A stretch of 64,000 bases of DNA from Paraspadella gotoi (lineage: Eukaryota; Animalia; Chaetognatha), in NCBI GenBank assembly GCA_051294375.1, contig CM119270.1, positions 20,985,775-21,049,774 of the forward strand, in the 5' to 3' direction. The stretch's first letter is position 1. Every line of letters begins with the position of its first letter. A program made the translations under genes and the position numbers. Below are positions 50,301-60,854 of this stretch, piece after piece. The notes below the pieces were generated by a model, which ran no database searches, was not told where the DNA came from, and saw only the letters and a program-made list of their open reading frames with translations.

Positions 50301-52008
50301 AACCGCTGTAACATGGTGTTACAGCCTGATCCGAAGCTCGGGACTGCTTATCATTGAACGGTTCTGTCACTTAACACAGTAGAACTAATAATAGTACTGT
50401 CTCTCATTGGTAGCCCGACTTCCGAGAAGCCACAACAGCAACAACAACAGCTTTCAGGCAGAACATGGACCTCAAATCCTATTCAGGACAAGCATATGAG
50501 CAGGTCTAGACTGCCACTTTCCCGGCTCCCTACTACACACAAGATCAGGTGACATGCTCGAACTTGCGTGACGGGAACTTTGTCCACTCAACTAACAAGC
50601 AATTCACTCGAAGAGACGCAAACAGACTTCGTCTACGCGAGGGACGGGAGTGTACGGTTGCGATAAGAATCCAACACTCGAATTCTTTCAGCGGCCATTG
50701 GTGCAGGAGGGCAAGTCAATATTTCGCTCTCACAACCTAAAGGTCCGGGTTCTAGCGCGGTGGTTTGGTCTGGAGTCTAAAGAGGGACGGGCTCGCGTTA
50801 ACCGCGCGGCTGTACAATGGTGGCTTACAGCCTGATCGATAGCTGCGGACTGCGTTATATGAAGCGGTTCTGTGTCATTAACACAAGACTAATAATTAAC
50901 TGTCTTCTTCACTTCTTTATTTTTAATAATTTTACTTTATTAATTTTTTTATAATATGTACTTTATTGCTGCAACATAAATATCGAAAATAAAAATGTTT
51001 CAGGTATGAGAAGCATATAAGGAAAAAACATGGATTAAATAAGGTGAGCGGAGAGACATACACAGGAAATGCAATTGTTATTGCAGTATTGGTTCGTTTG
51101 ACGAAACAAGACTTTACATCAACTCTCTTCATGTCCGAAGCCTGGATTATTACAAATGTCATATATTTAAACAATTTCAATGTAATAATTCGAAGTAATA
51201 GAGAAATATAGTAGGGTCGTGTGTCCGATACTATCAGGTTTATCGTTCATATGTTTAAGGTGGCAAAACTGTTGTTACAGGTCCTGTCCAGGATCTCAGT
51301 AGCTAGCCTTTTGCTTTTATTATTTTGTCATGGCCTCAAAATCTTACAATCATCCTATAAAACCCGAAAGTTATTATTATTACACGTTGAGGGCATTGCA
51401 TTCAATGTTCTCAAGTGATGGCGGAATCTTCTAACATTTATCTTCATTTTCGCTAAAATTCTCATAATTTTGTAAAGAAATGGCACAAAATTAGACATTG
51501 GGCTAAATTTTACTTTCGCCGACCGCAGCTTGGGCGTTTTTTTTGAAAAACACTTAAAAATACTTCTTTTTTTTTTTAAATTAAAAAAAATTTAACCTAA
51601 CGTTGACGTTTAGTCAAATAACGAGGGTAAATAATAGTGGCAAGTATTTGTGGTTGCATAATGTTATTATGACGGACAATTGATAGGGTTGATGACATAT
51701 GTAACAATGACACGATAAAAAAGGGTTAAGAGCATTTAAGGGTGTGACATATTAATATGTTGCATAGTAATTTAATTATGAAGAAGAGTTCTTTCTTGAG
51801 TTTGGGTGTAGATGGTTATGCCTAGAGTTCTCTCTAAGCAATTTTTGACCATCAATCCCTTCCGTCGGTTCCTCTGTCGGTCATTGGTCATGTCTAAGGT
51901 TGAAGTAAGGCTGTGATTCGTCGGCATTCTGATGATTCGTGAAGGAGACCGAGCAATCACTCATCAGGTCCAATCCATAGGTGCCGTTATAGGTCCATTC
52001 GTTGATAG

Positions 52009-52041
<33 letters not shown>

Positions 52042-55000
52042 CAGAGCGTCTCAGAGAAAAAGGAGACCTCTCTCTACTAATTTGATAACAAATATTTCGC
52101 AAATGTTAAAAAGCGCTGATGAAGACTCACATTGGAGTCGAAACATGTCTGTTTTTTTAAATAAAATCGTTGTAGTAACAAAAGCAAAATTATCTTTGCT
52201 AATAATTGCATAAAATACGATAATATGCAAATGAGATTGAAGAGTTGGTGAGTGAGAATTAGCGGATGGTCGGCGAGATGAAGGAAGATGTTCCGAGAAC
52301 CAGGTACATCGCGACCCGACCCCCTTTCTCTCCAGCTGGCGACGACTTACCTTGACGAGTTCCGCCTTTACAACACCTCACCTCTCTCCGATCCTGTTTA
52401 CTATTATCAACGGATCACCGTCTTGCGTCAACGCTCCTTCCAATCCAGTCGTGCCCGTGGCCGTCCGCAGGGCGTCACCGCCGTCGCCTCCCTCAGGGTT
52501 TTCAAAGAGTGGGACGTTTTCTTGGAGGAGTTGACGGAAATCTTTGGGGTGCACGAGATCGTCGCTTTCGCTTACAAGGTCGAAACAAAAAAAAAGAAAA
52601 AGATTAAAATCAAAATTTTGCACTGCGGCGCAAAAGACCGTATTGACGTTGTATGGGTGATTTCCTCAAATAGGCCTTAAACCACCAAAGCCTGTCCAAA
52701 GTCAGGGGCAAGATAGCTTATTTATTAAATGAATGGATAATTTTTATATTGGTTGTACCAATTTCATATAGAAACATAAAACAAAGCTTGTTGAAAGATG
52801 ATGGGATTGGTCTAAGTCCCAATACAATTGAGAAAAGCCTTCAAAAGTTATAGGACGTCAAAGTTGATTGGTATAGAAAATCCGAAGACAACAAATTATT
52901 TTTTTTTTTCAAGAATAGTCAATAACTTTTCCTTATTATTTTATAATATACAATTGGCTAAACAAAGTTAAAAAAATTGACATTTTATAAGCATAGTACA
53001 AAATGTAAAAAAATCCCAAGGCAAAAATTTACAAACATGAAATTAATTTTTTTTAGGACATATTGGCGGTTTAAGATTGTCCCAAGTAATTTTTATAAGC
53101 TCTGTTTGGTAAGGCGCGAACTCAGGTAAAATGTCAAACGAGAAGCAAAGCGGACTCACTTCGGTTTTGACAGAGAATCAGAATATAAGAGGAATAAGAT
53201 ACTTAATATGTGAATGGGTTAATGGTTGAAGTAGGTCTGTCCCGCTTATGTTAAAAATGCTCATAACTCTCCTATACATAGTTGGTCGCTTATTTGTTAA
53301 GACAGAAAAAAAACCTCAAATCTAAGGGACTGCGAGCGCCGCCTTCAGGAAATGATAAAACTATAAAGAATAAAAGATGGAATTTCGATGCAGTGCGTGT
53401 CATAAATACATGGGCTGAGAAAGTTATTAGTAGCGCCGCGAGTACTCGCGGAGCAACTATATGAGTNNNNNNNNNNNNNNNNNNNNNNNNNNNNNNNNNN
53501 NNNNNNNNNNNNNNNNNNNNNNNNNNNNNNNNNNNNNNNNNNNNNNNNNNNNNNNNNNNNNNNNNNNNNNNNNNNNNNNNNNNNNNNNNNNNNNNNNNNN
53601 NNNNNNNNNNNNNNNNNNNNNNNNNNNNNNNNNNNNNNNNNNNNNNNNNNNNNNNNNNNNNNNNNNNNNNNNNNNNNNNNNNNNNNNNNNNNNNNNNNNN
53701 NNNNNNNNNNNNNNNNNNNNNNNNNNNNNNNNNNNNNNNNNNNCAACTTTTCTGCTCCTAGATTGCGCTCCGGGTTTCATCTGCGTGCTCATCGCTAGTT
53801 GTCTCTGCTCGTGGTCCTGTCCCACTTTACATTAAAAATACTCATAACTCGACTCATAGTTGGTTGCTCATTTGTAAGACGAGATAAAAAACCTCAAATC
53901 TAAGTGACTGCTAGCGCCGTCGTTCTAGGAAATTCTAAAACTATAAAGAATATAAAGACATATTGAAAAAGAAAGTCACTGCGGCGCAACAAATGGATGG
54001 TCTGTATCTTGTTCTTCTTATATTGTCTTCATCTCGACCTCTATCCTTTTCTCAAATCTTTGTTGAGAATTTTTCTCTCTCTTTTTTTCTCTCTCTCTTC
54101 CCTTACTCTCACCTAATTCTCACTCNNNNNNNNNNNNNNNNNNNNNNNNNNNNNNNNNNNNNNNNNNNNNNNNNNNNNNNNNNNNNNNNNNNNNNNNNNN
54201 NNNNNNNNNNNNNNNNNNNNNNNNNNNNNNNNNNNNNNNNNNNNNNNNNNNNNNNNNNNNNNNNNNNNNNNNNNNNNNNNNNNNNNNNNNNNNNNNNNNN
54301 NNNNNNNNNNNNATGTGGATGAAGACTTAAATTAAAAGTTGAAACATGTTCAATGTTTAAAAGCTGATACGAATATAAGNNNNNNNNNNTCCCACTTACA
54401 TTAAAAATACTCATAACTCGACTATAGTTGGTTGCTCATTTGTTAAGACGAGAAAAAACCTCAAATCTAAGTGACTGCTAGCGCCGTCTTCAGGAAATTC
54501 TAAGACTATAAAGAATAAAAGACATATGAAAAGAAAGTCACTGCGGCGCAACAAATTGGATGGTCTCATCTTGTTCTTCTTTATTTTTTCAAAGGAACGA
54601 GGCAACTGTTGCCTCGATTTCAACCGCTGCGCCGACGCCGCTTCCTCCTTCAGGTCAGCGATAGCAAGCAGACGACCTGGCAACGACAATCTGAGAGTTG
54701 CAAAGGTTCGTATCAAACTCAAACTGATTGAATTATTTATTGATTGATTCATTCTTCTATTAGATTGATGATTGATTACATATCGATATATATGTTACAC
54801 AGCTCACCCCTCGCCCTTTCTCTTATCCAATTGAAACATTCATTGATAGGGAAGCCATGTACTCTGTTAGTGAATAAACGAGACTGGGAGTCTTGATTGA
54901 GAGCTTGCAGGGTCCTGCTTTGTTATCATCTTGTACGAGGGACGGAGGCCTAAACCCACCAAAAGTCAGGAGACCAGATAGCTTATTTATTTATTCAATG

Positions 55001-55476
55001 GATAATTTTTATATTGTTTGTACCAATTTAATAAATAGTTTGGAGACCCTCCAAATAGCTGGCCCCTTTCTTCAGATACTCCAGCAGTGGGGCATCGTGC
55101 TGAATAAACGAGACTGTGAGAGAGTCTTGATTGAGAGCTTGCTTGCTTGTTATCATTTTGGAGACCCTCCAAATAACCGGCCCCTTTCTTCAGATACTCC
55201 AGCAGTGGGGCATCGTGCTGAATAAACAAGACTGTGAGAGAGTCTTGATTGAGAGCTTGCTTGATTGTTATCATCTTGGAGACCCTCCAAATAACCGGCC
55301 CCTTTCTTCAGATACTCCAGCAGTGGGGCATCGCGCTGATGTTCCTCAACGATCCTTCTGCTTTAGAGAAGTTCGAGGAAGCGTTGGCCATTTGCGAAGG
55401 ACGAGACGAAGTCTTAGCGAAAAGCGTCGGGAGATACTTAAAATGGGCGGAGAACAGACTGAGAAGAGAAAATTAA
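42924..55476 (+). CDS. Uncharacterised protein with an Ala/Asp-rich segment and C-terminal TPR-like repeats, about 6 exons, ~425 aa
   Basis: Phase-consistent GT-AG model: 42924-43044, 43218-43619, 43800-44035, 52336-52578, 54595-54705, 55312-55476. Splicing yields TPR-like AFAYK|ERGNCCLDFNRCADAASSFRSAI and VAK|ILQQWGIALMFLNDPSALEKFEEALAI. Joining across the 8.3-kb intron is inference; exons may be hidden in gaps. Confidence 0.65.
44097..44420 (-). mobile_element. Penelope/retrozyme-like repeat carrying a hammerhead motif (44146-44198) with a 5-nt insertion
   Basis: Minus strand gcgCTGATGA-attga-agactcacattggagtc-GAAA-catgtc-tgttttt then aataaa; shares aagaattgag...tggtcaga.gtgaggacagg with 60300-60342. 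Confidence 0.7.
45747..48082 (-). CDS. XK-related-like multipass membrane protein, paralog 2 (divergent, several 5' frameshifts), nested antisense in the TPR-gene intron
   Basis: Across frames: LDIGTDIKTF, HSFLSSIYGLIVI, IGLGSFPLSFDL, VKSFIQMLIQ, then a 568-aa ORF with FAPFLLLRVFS, LSFLPFVNSL, LIFLVVPSI, colinear with paralogs 1 and 3. Could be a pseudogene. Confidence 0.65.
48765..49988. mobile_element. Non-autonomous TIR DNA transposon (hAT-like)
   Basis: Left end TAGTGTTCCGATTAACCGTTA versus reverse complement of right end CAGGGTTTCGAATAACCGTTA; identical 7-bp flank cttagta on both sides; subterminal taacggtta repeats. Confidence 0.7.
50205..50405 (+). mobile_element. tRNA-derived SINE-like element, copy 1
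   Basis: A-box-like tggtgccggagg, B-box-like gggttctagccc, hairpin ctgtaaca-tgg-tgttacag; repeated at 50688-50905. Confidence 0.6.
50688..50905 (+). mobile_element. tRNA-derived SINE-like element, copy 2
   Basis: Indel-rich direct repeat of 50205-50405. Confidence 0.6.
51215..51430 (-). pseudogene. Possible decayed Penelope GIY-YIG endonuclease C-terminal fragment
   Basis: Frameshifted minus-strand peptides in the expected order: DSAIT/EH, DDCKILR, NNKSKRLATE, MNDKPDS. Resemblance judged by eye. Confidence 0.35.
52108..52157 (+). ncRNA. Minimal type I hammerhead ribozyme (Penelope-type), intact core
   Basis: Stem I AAAAGCG/UGUUUUU, CUGAUGA 52116-52122 plus one extra A, stem II GACUC/GAGUC, GAAA 52140-52143, palindromic ACAUGU, GUC site ending at 52149, then AATAAA. 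Confidence 0.8.
55040..55334 (+). repeat. 118-bp tandem repeat triplicating the last-exon acceptor of the TPR gene
   Basis: ggcccctttcttcAG|atactccagcagtggggcatcg with AG ending at 55075, 55193 and 55311. Confidence 0.9.
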
Positions 55477-57976
55477 ATTTTAATCAATCGATAAATCAAT
55501 CAATCGTATATAAATCAATCAATTCATATAAAAGAATTAAATAATCAGTCGATTAGTAATTGTCGTCGTCGTTGCTTTTGTCGTCATCAGTGACCTGACA
55601 AAAAGACCTAAAAACAAACAAGTTTATGCAAACAATGTCGGATCTGATCAGATAATAATCAGATAATAACCATATCATAATTATTTAATTAATTAATCAA
55701 CGTCGGTGTTTTCCTTGTCGACGTTGCCATCAACTTCGTCGTGGTTTTTGTTGTGGTTAAAGACCTGAAAACCAAAAAAAATGTGCAAACAATAAATTTA
55801 TTAATTAATAAATGTATAAGAAATTAATAAATGTTTTAACTAATTAATTAATTAATTACCGTTAATGATCGTTGGCAGATCCGGCATTATTTGCTCAAAC
55901 CTGTTTAACTTAATTTATCATAATTCGATGTTCTTACTGACAAGATTGAGGGGGCGGACCGACGGACCGACAAAGCGAATTATAGATCCGGGATCTGATG
56001 TAAGATCTGATGTACGGCTAAAAATAAAGCAAAAACATTTTTCTTTCTGCTATCTCACATAGTTATTTATTCATTTAATCAATAATTTCAATCAATTCTT
56101 AAAATTCATCAGATGTACCGAAAGCAGTATAATGAAGAATTGTATTTTCATGATGGGAAGACAGAGCAATTACAAAAAAGAAATCGCGGCCTTATATCAG
56201 GGTTCGAAAGTCAGTTGTCGAGATGAGAAGGAAATAAATTCGATTCCTCAGCGGTGGGCGGGCGGTGGGGCGATTGTGAGTTTTCCCTCGAAGATCGTGG
56301 GGATAGGGACGACCTTCCCGTCCTTCTCCATCTGTCGGTCGATCTGTCCGTCCTTCTCTGTGATTCCCTGGCGGCTCTCTGCGCCCGTTCGTATTGCCTC
56401 AGTGCCGGTCTGATATCTATTAGCGTGCGCGAGAAAAGGTGGGCATAGGCGGGCGGCGGGGTGATCGTGATGATGCCGTCGATCAGCTCGACGTCAAAGG
56501 ATTCTCCAGCTCCTCTCTGGGCGCGGCTCGCGTCCGGCATCGAGTGTATATCGGCACTGTTTTTCTTAAATTAAGTCGGCCTCCTGTCGTCGTATCTCCT
56601 GTCCCGATGGGGGTAATGGCGGGGTCAGGTTTTTTGGTGTCGGGGGGGGAAGTTCGTCGGTGCTGGGCCCTTAGAGACGATCCTTATTTCTCCTTTTTTG
56701 TCGGCAAAGCTGCCGGAGTGAAAAAACGTCTAGTATGGTGACGACTCTGTAGGCCGTATCGTTAGGGAACGCTACTGTTACTTTCGTAAAATTCGTTCGC
56801 GACAGGCGGGTCGACGAGCCAGGCGTCAAAAACTACCTTCAGTTGTTGCCTGAACCGGTCGTCTCCCATGCCGTTACCATCGGGGCCGAGTTAATAGTTA
56901 TACGGTTACCCAGTTTCGTCGCCAGGCTAGGAAACTTTCGTCGCAAAGCTAATAGACTCTCAATGTCCAGCTTCCGATTTTCAACTATTAACTTTCAGCT
57001 TTCAGCTCTCAACCCTCAATTCGGTCTCCTCGGATCGGTCCTTGTCGGCCTTCTCGTCTCCTTGGGTCGGCTCTGGTCGGTTTCCTCGTCTCCTTGGGTC
57101 GGTCCTCGCTGGTTCCCCGTCTCCTGGTCGGTCTCCTCGACTCCTTGGCTCGGTCCCGTTCGGTCTCCACGTTTCTTCGGATCGGTCCCGTCCTGTTCCT
57201 TTGGCGATTGGAATTCTGGAGCTCGGGGAGGAAATGTTAGCTTGTGGATATATTTATATATATATATATATATTTCCTTCACCTAGCGGCCGACACTCTT
57301 TTCTTTCAAGAGGGGAGAGTGGGGACGGAGAGAGGAGGAAGAGGAGGAAGAGGAGGACGAGGTTCTCGAAGTCGAATGGAAAAAAAAACTTCGAAGAGAA
57401 GGAGAAGAGAAAAAAAATTCTCGATGGTCGAGTGAAAAAAAAATCGAAGTCGAGGAAAGGGAAGATAAGTCTCGAGTTTGGAAAAAAAAAAGGTAGAGAG
57501 GAGAGAGAAAAAAAAATTGATAATTTAACTTTTTCGTTGAAAATAGGAAATCCTGGGCGGCTCGTGGTAGAGAACTAGTCTCACATTGAGCGCCACCATG
57601 AAATAAGACTCTGGCTTAAAGAAAAAACCCAGATAGGTTGTATAAGCGTTTATTGAAAAAAAGGACTAACAGGAAAATAATTATTACAGAAAAGCGGGAG
57701 ATAGGTCTTGCTTCGAGAGGGAGAAAAGCGGGAGTGAATATAAAAAATGTGAAAATTCGTGGCTGCGCCGAGACCCCGCGTGAAAAGGAGAAAGAGAAAC
57801 GGGAGGAAGAAGAAAATCTGGGCGACTCCTCCTCCTCCTCTTCACGATTGCATTGCCTTTTGATCGTTGAAAGAGAAAGAATAACGCGACTCATTCTCTC
57901 ATTACTTCAAAAGTTGCTCATTTCCAGATATTTCCAAATATTTTTCCAATTAAAAAAAAAACGACTCCTACTTAAA

Positions 57977-60004
57977 ATGTTAAAAAGAGACGTTTCAGCG
58001 TTGCTTCTCACAACGCTACTTGCCGTTGCTGATGTTGTCACCGACATAAAAACTATCGTCGACCATTTCACATCAACCGATTATATTTTCAAAATATTTG
58101 CTTTTATTTTCCTGGCAATAATACTATTTCATAACGCTGTATCAACGCTTTATGGACTAATTATTTTATTTAAATATGGTAACATATTTCCCAAAATATG
58201 GAAAGGGTACCTCCGTAAAGGATTGACTGTATTATTAATTGTATCTGGTTTAGGAACTCTCCCGCTCACGATTGATTTGAAGTTGACCCACGATACGCAA
58301 TCAAATATCATAATTTCGTATGAGCAACACATAATTTTTGTAATGAATATGATTCGTGTATTATTAGAGTCTTTCTTTCAAATAATTTTTCAAACTGCAT
58401 CTCTTATTTATAAAACGATTTTTAAAAATGATCAACAATGTTATGTAAATTTTTTTGATGAACTTTGGAAAAAAAGGCTGAATCCAGATGAAGAATTTAA
58501 AGGAGTAGTATACAAGAAATCAATCACTGGAACATTGACCTCAACAAATCTAAATTGTTCTTGCAAAAGGTTATCCAGTAATTATTTTGAAGCTGAATTT
58601 TTTTGCAGGTGGACAATAACTGAATATTTTCAGCTCATTTCTATTACACTTTCTCAAGTTTCATTATCGATGGCTTCTTTCAAGCTTCGGTCCACTCATG
58701 TGACCAGTGAAAGTAGAATAGCTAGTTTGCTGTTTGGTTGTGTGCAAGGAACTGTGGGTCTTACAATAGGATTATATTTAATTTCATCGGGCGCTCTTAA
58801 AAATTGCTACTGGATAATTGGTTTTTCTCCTTTTTTAATTCTACGTGTTTTCACATTCGCGCAACTAAAATTTATTATCAAGTCAATTTTTTTTAAATTT
58901 AATGACAAAAAAAGCCTACCAAAGTTAACTAAAATATCAATTGAAAATTTTATTTTGATTTTTTTGAATTTGTTTCTGTTTGCATTCAATTTATCCTTTG
59001 AACTTTATGATGATATAGTTTTTAATAAACAAGGGACATTATATTCTGAAGTAGCAAACAAGAAATATAGAATATTACCACATGTATATTTTCTACCATA
59101 TACAGGAAAACCGTTATCATTTCACATAGGAAACATACCCTATTTTTTTGGAGGGCCCTTTTTTCCAACATCATTATATCTAAAGAATTATCCAACAGAT
59201 AAAATTTTTGTTGTATTAGGAAATAGTGCACTATATTACCAGGACAAAACAATTTTAAAATTAATTTCTATTGAAATAATCCTTTTTTTTATTGATATGA
59301 GTTTTTTATTATTCACTAAGGGAAATTTGTGGGAATTTTTCCTCTCCTTAGAAGCCGTTTTATTTCTTGCAGCATTCATTTTTTTAAGCTCTCAGCTTAC
59401 TGAAATTAAGGCAATATTAGTATTTTACTATCCACTGTCTATTTTATTAATTGTCTTAATCGCGCAGCAATATCTGCTCAAAAAGATTGTTAATAAAAAT
59501 AAATTAGCATTTTTGGCAGTTGTATTTTCAATAATATCTTTATTTATTCCAGCATTCGTTTTTTTTTATTTTCAAGATTCTGCACCTTGGATAGAAAGGT
59601 ATTTTTTAACTAAAAAAGAGCATAATCGTTTTACAATTGTGCCACACCAGTCCATGAAAAACCTACTAAAAGAAACTGATCTGTGCTTTAATTTCAACAA
59701 AAACTTTTTCTTTTTCATGTGCATTTCTTTTTTACCCGTATTCAATCCTTTATTCACATTAAAAAAAACTACAAAAATTAAGAAATTGTATCACAAAATT
59801 ATATGGATTTCAATTACCATCACGTTTTATTGTTTTCTTTTCAAAATACTAAAAAATTTCGTAGTTAAACTGAATCAGTCACTGGTATTAAATGTCTCAA
59901 AATCTGAAATAACAGAAATGATGTTTAATGTGCATTATTTTAAAGCTAGTACTTGCATAATTTACTTTCTAATCCCAACTGTTATTTTGCTCCTAGATGC
60001 TTAA
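57977..60004 (+). CDS. XK-related-like multipass membrane protein, paralog 3 (intact, intronless CDS, 675 aa)
   Basis: ATG at 57977 (aaaATG) within a longer open frame; many hydrophobic helices; ADVVTDI and LLESFFQIIFQ resemble XK-family D..TD and ESAPQL.LQ motifs; the start aligns with the paralog 1 start. Confidence 0.85.
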   Translation: MLKRDVSALLLTTLLAVADVVTDIKTIVDHFTSTDYIFKIFAFIFLAIILFHNAVSTLYGLIILFKYGNIFPKIWKGYLRKGLTVLLIVSGLGTLPLTIDLKLTHDTQSNIIISYEQHIIFVMNMIRVLLESFFQIIFQTASLIYKTIFKNDQQCYVNFFDELWKKRLNPDEEFKGVVYKKSITGTLTSTNLNCSCKRLSSNYFEAEFFCRWTITEYFQLISITLSQVSLSMASFKLRSTHVTSESRIASLLFGCVQGTVGLTIGLYLISSGALKNCYWIIGFSPFLILRVFTFAQLKFIIKSIFFKFNDKKSLPKLTKISIENFILIFLNLFLFAFNLSFELYDDIVFNKQGTLYSEVANKKYRILPHVYFLPYTGKPLSFHIGNIPYFFGGPFFPTSLYLKNYPTDKIFVVLGNSALYYQDKTILKLISIEIILFFIDMSFLLFTKGNLWEFFLSLEAVLFLAAFIFLSSQLTEIKAILVFYYPLSILLIVLIAQQYLLKKIVNKNKLAFLAVVFSIISLFIPAFVFFYFQDSAPWIERYFLTKKEHNRFTIVPHQSMKNLLKETDLCFNFNKNFFFFMCISFLPVFNPLFTLKKTTKIKKLYHKIIWISITITFYCFLFKILKNFVVKLNQSLVLNVSKSEITEMMFNVHYFKASTCIIYFLIPTVILLLDA

Positions 60005-60081
60005 ATCTGTAAATGTTTAATCGTTCCCTAAAAACTTTTTTTTCAATCTAATACATAATCAAATTTGTTTTTATATTTTCC

Positions 60082-60223
60082 TTTAAGGAATTAACGAAAA
60101 TTTCGTTTTTTTACAACAATATAATGTAAGAGTTTAGTAGGACATGTTTCGACTCTTATTAAATTGCGAGTCTTTATCAGCAGTGAAAAAACAAATTTAC
60201 ATTGTCTCAAACATTAATTTTTG

Positions 60224-60284
<61 letters not shown>

Positions 60285-60672
60285 AGAGAGTGTGTTCCAC
60301 AAAAGAATTGAGTAAGGGACAGTGGTCAGATGTGAGGACAGGGAAGAAGAGAGGTAGGTGAATTTGAAATGCTGAAACAAGGAGATGAGAGAGAGAGAGA
60401 GAGAGAGAGAAATCAACACATTGGGCAATTTACAACAGTGAAATATTTTGAAAAACTCATTATATAACAGGGGGGCCAACTCCTTTTTGAGCTCTTTCTT
60501 ACCTTATCTTTTCACTCAACTTTAACTTAGCTATCCCTCATCTCCTACTATTATTAATTTTCATTTTTTCATTCTTCATTTTTCATATTTCACTTCTTTT
60601 AGGTTTACTCAAAATTATCAGCTGTTAATTAACTTATTTATTTATTATTATACATTGCCCAATGTATTGATT

Positions 60673-60718
<46 letters not shown>

Positions 60719-60823
60719 CTTTCACCAATTTCAAATTCACCTACTCTCTTCTTCCCTGTCCTTACTTTCACCTGTCCTCACATCTGACCACTGTACCTTA
60801 CTCAATTCTTTGTTGGAAACACA

Positions 60824-60854
<31 letters not shown>

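Noticed and set aside
53240-54590. Three ~200-bp copies upstream of TPR exon 5 as another junction array
   Set aside because: Copies are separated by N gaps and the extra ones lack the acceptor AG; scaffolding redundancy cannot be excluded.
57638-57976. 113-aa N-terminal extension of the 788-aa ORF
   Set aside because: Starts at TTG, is low-complexity and has no counterpart in the paralogs; ATG 57977 aligns with the paralog 1 start.
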